DNA of 64,000 nt from Paraspadella gotoi (taxonomy: Eukaryota; Animalia; Chaetognatha): positions 8,849,215-8,913,214 of the forward strand of contig CM119268.1 in the NCBI GenBank assembly GCA_051294375.1, in the 5' to 3' direction. Of the stretch, positions 1 through 10,932 are shown piece by piece (the first letter of the stretch is position 1; each line of letters begins with the position of its first letter). The translations under genes were made by a program, and so were the position numbers. The notes under the pieces are model-generated. The model made no database searches. It saw nothing but the letters and a program-made list of their open reading frames with translations, and was not told where the DNA came from.

Positions 1-288
1 GTTCGAAAAGATCAAAGGTTCCGCTTTTGGTCAACGTCGTAACGCTGCTTGAAGATCGTCTGAGTTTGCGAAGAGGTGGGCAGAGAGCCAAATAATTAAT
101 TTGACATTCGCAACAGAATTTCTCAATATTTGGAACTAGAATCTATGTAAGATATTTTAAAACGTAAACTTGGATGACTTTCCAGTTTTGACCAGCGAGC
201 CGCCCCACAACCTTCCAGAGTCGGGGAGAATCGTTCCAAAGGAGACTGAATTCCGTCGGAAGCCGAGTTCCCCAGAGATCGATGTCCA

Positions 289-2450
289 TCATAGGCCACC
301 AATAGACTTGGCCCCGTCTCCATGCTGAACCCTCGAAATTTGACACTCTAAAAACGAGAAGGGGGGAAGATGGGTTTTGGCTGATGAATCGTTGCTCTTA
401 TTTTTTTGAATCTCATTTAAACAAGTAAAGCAACTATGGCGACCTCTATAAAAGGTATTCGTGTTTGAAAAAAAAAAAGAACACACATATATGAGCCGGG
501 TGCGAAAAATAAAATATCCCGTTGATATGTTCTGACGTGATACATTGAAATAAACATTAAATAAGTGAAAAAAAGATGAACAAGGAGATGGATGAACCAA
601 AGAAAACCATGGCGCTCGTCCCTTCATTTCTGATTTTTACATACATATTATTTTTTTTAAAATAAAAAGAAAACGCGAAACCAAAGCAGGTTTTTTTCCT
701 GTGTCTACAATAAATTAAATCGCCATGCGAGAAAAAAAAAGATTCCAGCGAGCTTACCAAGCTCCTCCCGCCTAGAACATTAAGGCAGAATTAACAGAAA
801 TTTAAGAAGAATTTTCAAGTTTATTTTTCTTATTAATGAAAATTCTCATAAATATATGAAAGACCAAAATTTCATATTCTCAAAGCGGGATTTGGAATCT
901 CTTGCAATTTTGAAAAGGTCGCTTGGCATTATATCTAAAAAACTAATTAATGTCAAACCTTTTCGTTATTGGTTAGTGGTAAAAAAAATTGTCTATACTC
1001 AAATATTTCAAATATTTGTCTTTACAGAAGAAAAAAAAATCATACGGCAAATTGGCTAACAAAATACCCAGCACATGGCTACCAAGATCGGATCGGTCCT
1101 TAAGTTGTAACTTGAATAGAAAACGCGTTTTATAATCTTAATGCGTGACTGACGATCACGTCTGATCCTAGGATCAAACATTTTTGATCTTATACTCTAC
1201 GAACGCTTTATAACCGGAAAATGAATTAATATTCGATCCCTAACCCGCCTTTCAATAATAGTTATATCCTCCCGATGAATGTTGTCCAAAGCGTGTGCAT
1301 TTCCAACCGCTCATCACCTTTTTTGAGGATGTAGGCTGAGAAACCTCCTGCAGCTCGAAGGCGTCCACCTCCCATATCCTCCGCAGAAATCTTCTTGAAA
1401 ACTGATAGAAGAATTTCCTTTTGCCGGTCCTCTTCCTCCGAGATTTCGGCGTTGGCTGGAATTAGTAAAAGGAGGAGAAGACGAGAGAGAAAGAGAGAGA
1501 GAAGAAAAGGCGAGAGAGAGAGGGAGGGGAAGGAGAGAGAGGGAGGGAGGAGAGAAGAGAGAGAGGAGAGAGAGAGAGAGGAAAAAAAAGAAAGAGGAAG
1601 AGAGAGGAAGGGAGGAGAATAAGATAAGGGAAGTTCGGAAAGTTACGTAATGACCCTTTTTCGGGAAAGGGCACAACGTTGATAACGAGTCAATTATCAA
1701 AAAAATTCATGATGACAACGATTAAATTTGAATCCGAAAAAACAATTAATCAATTAAAAAAAACTGACGACGTAAGCCGCGCGGAATAATTGCCTTGCCC
1801 TGCTGGCCTCTGTTGTTGGTCCGAGAAACAGAAGAAAAACGTTGTTGGGCTTTTTGAAATTGGTGTAACAAATATGAAAATTGTCCATTAATTCAATAAC
1901 TAAGGTATCTTGCACCCGATTTTAAACCGGCTAAGTTCTCCATCCCTCCTACTGTAGGAGTGGGATGTAGGTTATCTATGAATCAATTTAACTACTAAAC
2001 AATATAGAAAAGTAATATAAAATTCAAAAATATGCCTAGAAATATTACAGTACTTAAATCAATTGGACCTAACATGATTTACTACTATATGCAAATGAGA
2101 TTGATGAAATCTCAATCTCATCTAGTTTTATTCTATGAATCTATCTCTTACACTACAAGATAATGACATAAAAAGACCCTGCAAGTATAATGTTTTCCTC
2201 AACTGTTTCATTTTTCGTATTTGCGACGGTGCACCGTGAATTTGGTTTTGAAGAGGGCCACGGAAATAGTTATGTTGAAAAAAGTTTTGTACCCAGCTTT
2301 CTCATTTTAATACTTTAAAAGGGCCTCACCTCAACCAATGATGCTGTGACGGAAAGAAACTAAGTCCGAATGGCCGCGCAGAAATATCGAGGCAGCGACG
2401 AAGACCGAAATCAACCGAAGGCGAAGGCGCCCATTCTGACATCGGCTCAT
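289..2450 (-). CDS. Possible partial spliced gene, unknown product
   Basis: GT-AG-bounded, GC-richer segments 2450-2330, 1401-1318, 771-758 (14-nt microexon) and 347-289 join in phase: (D)EPMSEWAPSPSVDFGLRRCLDISARPFGLSFFPSQHHWLSFQEDFCGGYGRWTPSSCRRFLSLHPQKRREELECQISRVQHGDGAKSIGGL*. No recognisable domain. The frame of the last exon is uncertain because a Trp-rich alternative frame is open. Confidence 0.3.
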
Positions 2451-3044
2451 CTGGGGGAACTTTATATTTAAAAAAGAGAAGAATATAAAGAGAATAGATT
2501 CTAAATGAGAGGAGCTTAAAAATTGGGATAATGTAAAAAGAAAGATGATATTTTTTATTCTTTTTTTTTTTTTTTGGAGTCTTCTTCGGTTAAAACTTCT
2601 TCTGCCAAAAAGACTGGCGACACTAAAGAAGATAAAAAATAATTTAAAAAAAACGTTGGATACAAAAGTTTGATGCTTCGCCAAAAAACTGACCAGATGA
2701 GAGCGAAGAAGACGTTTCTTCTTTTACTTAGATAATAGGCGATATATAGATAGTATAATTTATTCAAGAATTAGTTTAGCTCGGAAAAATATCAAAAACC
2801 GAATTACACTGGATACGAAAACTCTTTTGACGTTGTATTAATACCCTAAAGAAAATATCATTGTCCGATATGAAATAGCTCTTTTTAAATAAAGCTCATA
2901 ATCATTGGCACGTATTTTTTTTTACCGATGTGATACTGGAATATTACCGAGCCAGGGTTAAATAGATAAGAGAGAATATACACTTTTAAGTGAACGAACT
3001 AAGCCTTTTAAAATAATCTTTTCTAAAGAACGTAACATGTATAT

Positions 3045-3125
3045 CGCCCATTGTAGGGCTCGAACCGACGACCGCAGGATTAAAATTCCCGTGTTCAAGC
3101 GACTGAGCTAACGTTATAACCGGGG
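3045..3125 (-). pseudogene. Degenerate tRNA-Lys(TTT) pseudogene or tRNA-derived SINE head
   Basis: The minus strand reads CCCCGG-ttataacg-TTAGCTCAGTCG...CGGGA-AT-TTT-AA-TCCTG-CGGTCGTCGGTTCGAGCCCTACAATGGGCG. A-box, anticodon arm with TTT, B-box (GGTTCGAGCCC) and 3' end resemble eukaryotic tRNA-Lys. The acceptor stem is broken by an ~8-nt insertion and the D-loop GG is lost. Confidence 0.65.
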
Positions 3126-3505
3126 TACTTCTTTTTCTAGGTGCTGTTTGAATAAATGTATAAATAGAACGTTTTGTCATTAATTTGATATGATTTTGTG
3201 ATGTCATTGAATGGTCATCTTGGTTTTTTTTTAAATCGGAAGGATGACGACGATGACGATGACGACGACGACGACGACGACGACGACAATTGAAGATCGA
3301 TCGTGACAAAAATAGGGTGAACAGGATTTCCGAAAACCCGGGATGAGAAACCTCCTGGTTTTTTTTACATTAACTAATAGAAGATTTAAAAAAAAAGGAG
3401 AAAAAGGTAGAAAAAGACTGAAGAAAAAAAAAGGTGGAGACGGAAGGGAAAAGGTAAGGCCGTCGTCGTCGTCGTCGTCATCGTCGTCGTTTGGACTGGT
3501 TCAAG

Positions 3506-3592
3506 TATAAAAGGAGTCGTGGCCAAATCCGAGCCCAACAAAAACTGTTATATCTGGAGAAAGAATAGGAGGCCTTCCGTCGAGAGGTGAGT
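3506..3592 (+). promoter_or_regulatory. TATA box and short non-coding first exon, probably of the His-rich gene
   Basis: TATAAAAG at 3506 is followed ~80 nt later by a strong donor AG|GTGAGT (intron starts 3587). There is no ATG in between. Confidence 0.5.
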
Positions 3593-3745
3593 AAAATGTA
3601 AAAACTTACCTAACTAAATTCGGCAAATTTTTATAAAAATTAAATGAGTTATTAGATATATTAAGCAAACATTTTTTTATAAAATAAGTTATATATATAT
3701 ATAATTAAATGATATAAGCAAATAGTAAAACATTCATTATATATA

Positions 3746-4462
3746 NNNNNNNNNNNNNNNNNNNNNNNNNNNNNNNNNNNNNNNNNNNNNNNNNNNNNNN
3801 NNNNNNNNNNNNNNNNNNNNNNNNNNNNNNNNNNNNNNNNNNNNNNNNNNNNNNNNNNNNNNNNNNNNNNNNNNNNNNNNNNNNNNNNNNNNNNNNNNNN
3901 NNNNNNNNNNNNNNNNNNNNNNNNNNNNNNNNNNNNNNNNNNNNNNNNNNNNNNNNNNNNNNNNNNNNNNNNNNNNNNNNNNNNNNNNNNNNNNNNNNNN
4001 NNNNNNNNNNNNNNNNNNNNNNNNNNNNNNNNNNNNNNNNNNNNNNNNNNNNNNNNNNNNNNNNNNNNNNNNNNNNNNNNNNNNNNNNNNNNNNNNNNNN
4101 NNNNNNNNNNNNNNNNNNNNNNNNNNNNNNNNNNNNNNNNNNNNNNNNNNNNNNNNNNNNNNNNNNNNNNNNNNNNNNNNNNNNNNNNNNNNNNNNNNNN
4201 NNNNNNNNNNNNNNNNNNNNNNNNNNNNNNNNNNNNNNNNNNNNNNNNNNNNNNNNNNNNNNNNNNNNNNNNNNNNNNNNNNNNNNNNNNNNNNNNNNNN
4301 NNNNNNNNNNNNNNNNNNNNNNNNNNNNNNNNNNNNNNNNNNNNNNNNNNNNNNNNNNNNNNNNNNNNNNNNNNNNNNNNNNNNNNNNNNNNNNNNNNNN
4401 NNNNNNNNNNNNNNNNNNNNNNNNNNNNNNNNNNNNNNNNNNNNNNNNNNNNNNNNNNNNNN
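3746..4462. other. Assembly gap (other gaps: 5065-5360, 9833-9842, 12809-12833, 51577-51586, 54196-54220, 60119-60143)
   Basis: Runs of N. Three gaps are exactly 25 N and two are exactly 10 N. Confidence 0.98.
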
Positions 4463-4990
4463 ATCGAAACACTCTCGTCTCATCAAGATCGAGATCTTTT
4501 CACCCCCAAAAAACCGCGCGGGTTTAAACGTTTCGATTCTCGAAAGACCGAAATTAAATAATTAAACAAAAAGACGCGAGGGATTTTCCCCGTTTTCCAA
4601 AAAAAAAACAAAAAAAAACCCCGCCCTTTCGTTTCCGTCTCCGCCCAACTTCATGCTATCGATTCTCTATCCTCTCATCTCCTTTCCTCTCTCCCTTACG
4701 TTTTTTTCCTCTTCCCTCTTTACATATCAAATTGTCCTATAGCCGTTCTCGTCCTCTCGGATTTAACCCTCGCTTATATTTCCTTTCTTCCTTCACCTAT
4801 CTTCTTTACTAAGCCCCTCACTTACCTTTTCCTTCCCTTCCGTTTTACTTTCCTCTCCTTTATTTGTCAATACAAATTTCCGCTGTCTTCCTCTTTCCTA
4901 CCTTCTTTCCCCCCATCCTCTACTTTCTTCCTCCCGCCACCCCCCCCTTCTTTTCACCTCCGTTGGTCTCACCTTCTCCTCCTCCAGTAG

Positions 4991-5031
4991 CAACTTCCTC
5001 TTGGGAAAGGTCTTCGTCTTGGCAGCCAGGG

Positions 5032-5064
<33 letters not shown>

Positions 5065-8000
5065 NNNNNNNNNNNNNNNNNNNNNNNNNNNNNNNNNNNN
5101 NNNNNNNNNNNNNNNNNNNNNNNNNNNNNNNNNNNNNNNNNNNNNNNNNNNNNNNNNNNNNNNNNNNNNNNNNNNNNNNNNNNNNNNNNNNNNNNNNNNN
5201 NNNNNNNNNNNNNNNNNNNNNNNNNNNNNNNNNNNNNNNNNNNNNNNNNNNNNNNNNNNNNNNNNNNNNNNNNNNNNNNNNNNNNNNNNNNNNNNNNNNN
5301 NNNNNNNNNNNNNNNNNNNNNNNNNNNNNNNNNNNNNNNNNNNNNNNNNNNNNNNNNNNNAAAGTCATTCTTTCAATCTTTCATTCATTCACGTAAGGCA
5401 GTGACTATCATCTCATTCACGTGAATTCACCGTGATGTCCGTGATCGTAGTGATCGTCATATAATGTCCGCTGATGGTGACCCGCGTAGTGGCATGTAAG
5501 TTCGCCTTCGTCATCCGAGCGGGAGCCACGTTTCGCCTAAGAGTTCGATAGCGATTCCATGTTATACTGTCAATTTAATTGTTTATTTTTTTCAATTTAT
5601 TATTCAGCACATAAACTATACATAGGAAAATGAGGTTGTATTTTTTTTATACAGAAGAATTACCTAAGAAATGAATAAAAACTGTTCATTTAGAAGAATA
5701 AATAAATGAATGAGTGAATGAATAAATGAATGAATGAATGAATAACTAAATGAATAAACGAATAAATAAATGACTTAATTCATGAATAAGTGAATTTTAG
5801 TTTATATACGTTATGGAATCAATACGAAATCGTCCTCCGACATATAAAGCTTTTTTTAAAATTTGAATATTAATCAGGTCACTACCTACACCACCACGGA
5901 CACCATCTTCACCACCGTCACCACCCCTCCCACCACTACGTCCACCACGAGGGACACCACGATCTCGGATACCACAACTTAGGTGAGTAAAGGTCTTTTA
6001 ACAATTTCATAACTTAATCTTAAGTAATGTCATGCATTCTTAAGTCTTTATTAATTATCTTATTTGAAAATTGTTTACAATAATAATAATAAAACGATTG
6101 AGGTAACTAATATTAAGATATATTTAATTATTTATTTTTCCACTCCCCACCAGGTCACGCCCACCACTCCGGCTACCACGATTCCTACCACCACGGGGTG
6201 GGCCACTCCGCCTCCGACGCCCATTTCACCGACCACACCGAGAGCCACGACCACGAGCACAACCACATCACCCATCTCACCGCACATCACCACGACCACA
6301 CAAAGTACTACAACCACCTTCACGACCACCACAAGCACATCCACGACCACCATCATCACGTGCACGAAAACCACGAGCACGACCACGATGTTCACCACGA
6401 CCATCACAGGTGAGGTTCTGAGGGTGTAGCATAGTCCTTTCAAATAAAATTACGCTCCTTAATCTCATTTGCATATTGTAGCAGTTTAAATTATTTCCCA
6501 TATCTTAGAAGTTTTATTTTATTTTTTTAAAAATAGTTTTAATAAGGTTTAATATTTAGAATATTAAGATTAGTTACACATTCAACTTCTTTCTTTCACT
6601 TCTTTCTTTTATCACCGCCCACAGGCACCACAAACACCTCCACGAGGACCATGACCACGAGACGCACAACTTCCACACTCACGACGCGTCGCACTCCGAG
6701 TCGCACGCGCACGTGCACCATCCCCATCACCACCATCACGGACACCACGGACACTTTGCCAAGATGGAGATGTCGCCCGAGGATGCGGAAGGTGAGGATT
6801 TGAAGAGAGATGTGATTGGAGCGAAGTGATAGAGATGATGGGACGATGATAGAAAAAATGAAGAAAATTCCAAACTCGAGACAAAGCATAATTAGTTATT
6901 TTGCTCATTTGTTACGAGAAAAGCAATTAATTGTGATCCTTGGGCTGGGCGAAAAAGAAACTCACCGCAAAAGCCTATTTGCGCAAAAACGTATCGCGGT
7001 CGGATTGACCGAGTTAAAGTGAGTGACGCAATACAGGAAAAAAAAAAAAAGACAAGCAATCCGACCACCTATAAAAAAATTTATAATTACTGCGATTTTA
7101 TAAACTTACTTGGGTAAATCGTTATTATTGAAGTAGTATAGTTAAAAAAACTTAAAATTTTAAACAGTATGCAAACCAACGAAGGTGTTCGAGACTTGTC
7201 TTTTTCCCCCTTTGTATTGCCTCTCCCCACTCGACTCAGGCGTCGAAACATCTTCGACGTCGTCGTCGTCGTCGTCGTCGCGGGCGAAGCGATCGCCTCC
7301 CGTCCACACTCATCACCGAGGATCCTCCAAAGTCCTCGTCGAACGCCCGACCTTCGAAAAGACCAACAAAGAGTTCTTCACCAAATCCGTCTACGAGGAG
7401 CACGTCGACAACTTCGACGACGACAACGACAACGACGTCAAGATTCAAGTCGCCGACGATCTTTCCGCCGAGGACAAATTAGCCAAAATGACCCTGGAAG
7501 ACGCCAAGTCTTCCGAAGACGCCGCCCCGCCGCCGAAGAGGCGCCCTTCCGGGGTCAAACTCGTCTCCAAGACGGCGTGGGAGGGACCCTTCGTGGTTGA
7601 GCGAAAATCGGCCCTGCGGTCGCCGCCCATCGTCATTCTGGACTTGGACTTAAACCCGGAAGTCGCGGAGAAGTTGGCCCGGATGAGGGAGGGACCGGTC
7701 AATGGGGGTCGAGCTCGAGGGGGCGGAGGGTGGGGAAAAGAATTCAAGGGACGCGAGTCTGGTAGAAGGCGGAATTGGGGAGACCACCCTCGAGTGGACG
7801 GCGACGCCAGGGTCTTCGATCACGGCGAAGACTACGACGCCGGGATGAAAAAAATCCTCCACTCTCTGCAGCGCTATACGATGCCTAGCGGCGCCGGGAC
7901 TAAGACCGCCGACGTTGGGCAGAACAGATGGGATCAAAATAAATGGAATCAGAACAGATGGGATCAGAACAGATGGGATCAGAACAAATGGGATCAGAAC

Positions 8001-8957
8001 AGATGGAGTTCGTCGAACGATTGGAGCTCGACTTCATCGACGCGCAATCAATGGGGATCGGGCGGGCAGAGCGAGCAAAACGGGCACAACACCGGGAATA
8101 CTAATTGGGGCTCGTCAACTAGGCAAGTACCTGAAGGGCAAAGTTCCTACGATAACAATTGGAGCTCATCGACCAAGCAAGTCCCGCACGGGCAAAGCTC
8201 TAACAGCAATAATTGGGCAACTTCTTCAAAGAATAACTGGGGAAGCACCAACAACCAAGCTGCAAGCGGGCAAGGCTCGTATCATAACAACTGGGGCTCT
8301 TCCACGCGACAAGTCCCTAAAGGGCAAAGCTCCTACAATAATAACTGGGTATCTTCGACCAAGCAAGTACCCGACGGACACAGTACTTATGACGACAACT
8401 GGGGCACTTCCAATCAAGCGTCCACCGGGCAAAACTGGAACTCTTGGAACAACGGTCAAAGCTGGAACGGCGGCTCTCAAGATTACAGCACTGCCCATTG
8501 GGAGCAAGGCGGCAGCCCTTGGCACGGAGGACAGGCTCCGGCCCGCCAGGCTCGTCCTGCCGCCACCAAGTCCAAGTGGGGCCCGGTCTATGGCCAAGGA
8601 AGTTTCCAGAACATCCTCTATCCATCCTCCGCCGCGGCGGGCGAAGGCTACGGCGCTGACGAGCCGCTGCACCGTCACAGAGCCGGCGTTTCCCGCGTGG
8701 TTTTCGACGGAATTCGGAGGGAAAAGTCTGAAAAGTCTTTTTTTACGACGGACAAAACTGAGGAACACGTGAATCGATTTTACATGAACGGCGCTGGGGG
8801 AAATGGGGGAGAAGAAAGGGGGGGAAATATGGGGGTTGACGAGAGAGATGGGGGTCGGCTGAGGGGTGCGGGACGGGGCAGGAAGGAAGGTAAGGTAAAG
8901 AAGGTGAAGAAAGTCAATAAGTTTTTGGACAAGTTGGTTTTGAAGGACGGGGAGTGA
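4991..8957 (+). CDS. His-rich, Trp/Asn/Ser-repeat putative secreted structural proprotein (5' end in gap)
   Basis: Phase-consistent exons: 5878-5982 (HYLHHHGHHLHHRHH...), 6154-6409, 6625-6791 and 7240-8957 (GVETSSTSSSSSSSRAKR...LKDGE*). A probable upstream exon 4991->5064 (QLPLGKGLRLGSQGSSSS...) runs into the gap. About 75 His in ~175 codons (manual count). The alternative Thr-rich frame stops (TAG) just before the 5982 donor. Signal peptide not visible, possibly in a gap. Confidence 0.8.
5431..5536 (-). CDS. Inverted exon that fits the + strand His-rich gene
   Basis: Minus strand: ttag|GCG AAA CGT...CAT CAC G|gtgaat = AKRGSRSDDEGELTCHYAGHHQRTLYDDHYDHGHH(G). 106 nt, phase 0 to phase 1, matching the phase-1 start of exon 5878. 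Confidence 0.65.
7920..8470 (+). repeat. Coding tandem repeats: 15-bp (QN[R/K]W[D/N/S]) x6 and ~54-bp (NWGSSTRQVPxGQSSYxN) x~5
   Basis: Directly visible in the translation of ORF 7185-8957 and at DNA level (cagaacagatgggat units at 7920-8009). Confidence 0.9.
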
Positions 8958-10305
8958 GAGAGAGTTTTTTTTTGGTCTAAATAATGTAATAGTAAATAAT
9001 AATCACATTAACAACTACCTTGACTAACACAGAGTTGATGCATGTTGAAATTTGTGAAAACGCTCTCGGCCCGCGGGCCAGATATATGGCTGGATTTGTC
9101 ATCATTTGTCTTACACTCTATTTTTGTAATTTCTATGGCCTTGACTTAGTTTTTTTTACATTAGAAATGTATGCAAGCACAATCTTTATAAGAATATCAT
9201 TTTGATTACTCTTTAGTTTAGGCAAATAATGACTAAGTTTTCTCTTTCTTTTTTTTATAATGTAAACTTAAAACTCGCTTTTCTTTCAGAGTAATAACCC
9301 AAAAAGATGGAACGGATCGGATATTCAAAACAAAGGATCGATTCGAAAAATTAGCATAATTAGGTGATAGCCCCTCGCCAAGCAATCTGCCGTCTTCAAG
9401 GAGCGTGCCGAAAAATGAAAATCAATGCTTGTAACAATCCAATGCTTGAAAACCATTTTTTTTGTATTCGTCGTCGCTTCCCGTGATACATTTCAATGCG
9501 TCTATTGTATTAAAAAAATGTACCGTGTATTCTTTACTTAATATTGTAATAATAAATTTATAAACCCGAGTAATATGATTAATTGATCATCTCAACTCGT
9601 CTGAGCTAGAGATTCCAGCTAGTCTGTAAAAAAAATCAACATCATTATCATCATATTTTTTTTTCAAACCACGAAATCGATATTTTTGTAGTAAACTTTT
9701 TTTTTAAATTAAAAACATTTAAAAAAAATGAGGACCAATTAATTGAGATTTAAAAATGTTTGCTTCGACTCTCCTACCGATAGCAACAATTTATAAATAA
9801 AGTGTCGCCAACGAATAAGAGAAAGAGAGAGANNNNNNNNNNGAGAGAGGGAGAAAGAGAGAGCGAGAGAGAATTTCCGAAGGGGGATTTTGAGCCTGTG
9901 TTACCCTCGTTTGGTTATTTGGAAGTGTCAGCGAGAGATTGGACTTTTTTTCATTGGTTGTTCCTCTTTTTGAAACACCAGCTTTTTTAATTCTTTTTTT
10001 TTGTTGACTCATCTTTGGAAAGCAGAACCTGTTTACTTTTATTTGATGAACAATGCAGGCTTGTTCACCCATTGGAAACGGGAAAAAAAATCTGAAATTT
10101 AGTTACAATTGGTTACTGACTAGACAATGATATAGCTTTTTATTGTTTATGAAAAATAAAATTAATAACAAAAGAGAAAAACACAAAGATAAAAAAGTAA
10201 AAGATGAAAAAAGACACAATTCCACTTTTTCGGCTTTCATCTGGGGGTTTGTTCCACCAAAACCTTTCGGCCCTTTTAGCATTTTTCCACTCTTTTTTTG
10301 CCGGT

Positions 10306-10343
<38 letters not shown>

Positions 10344-10498
10344 GCTCTCCTCTCTCCTCTCCCTCCTCTCTCTCTCTCTCTTCTCTCTCTATTCTCTCCT
10401 GGATTTTTCATCTTCGTCATCTCATCTTCTTTCTATCTCATCTTTCTCTCGTTTTTTCTCCCCTACTCTTCCTCTTCTTTTTCCAAGTCTCCCCCCAT

Positions 10499-10549
<51 letters not shown>

Positions 10550-10562
<13 letters not shown>

Positions 10563-10876
10563 CCCGCGACGCGCAGATGAAAAGTTTCTCTGGCTGAGAT
10601 GACACGTAAAAGTCAACTCAAAGCTTCAAAGAGAACAATTTATTAAGAGAAAAAAAGTAAATAAAAAAGATTTTACTTCCTTCCTTTGAGCGAAACATTT
10701 CCCCTCATGACGTTGAATGACTATTAATATCATGAAGCTTTAATTTTTTATCCTAGCTATTCATTTTTCCTTTATAATCTTGAACAAATATTGCTAAATT
10801 CCTTTAATCTCCAATTTTTTGATTTGAATTTCTCTTTTCCTCTCTCTCTCTCTCATCTCTCATCCTCTCTTCCCAT

Positions 10877-10932
<56 letters not shown>

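Noticed and set aside
3705-5424. Long ORFs composed of X
   Set aside because: Artefacts of N-gaps.
6064-6429. Thr-rich mucin-like ORF (and antisense Val-rich ORFs)
   Set aside because: Shifted frame of CAC-rich His codons. The Thr frame has TAG just before the 5982 donor and does not join exon 7240 in phase, whereas the His frame does.
7915-8772. 285-aa overlapping ORF (GIRTD repeats) as a second protein
   Set aside because: Alternative frame of a repetitive GC-rich exon with a non-ATG start and no independent support.
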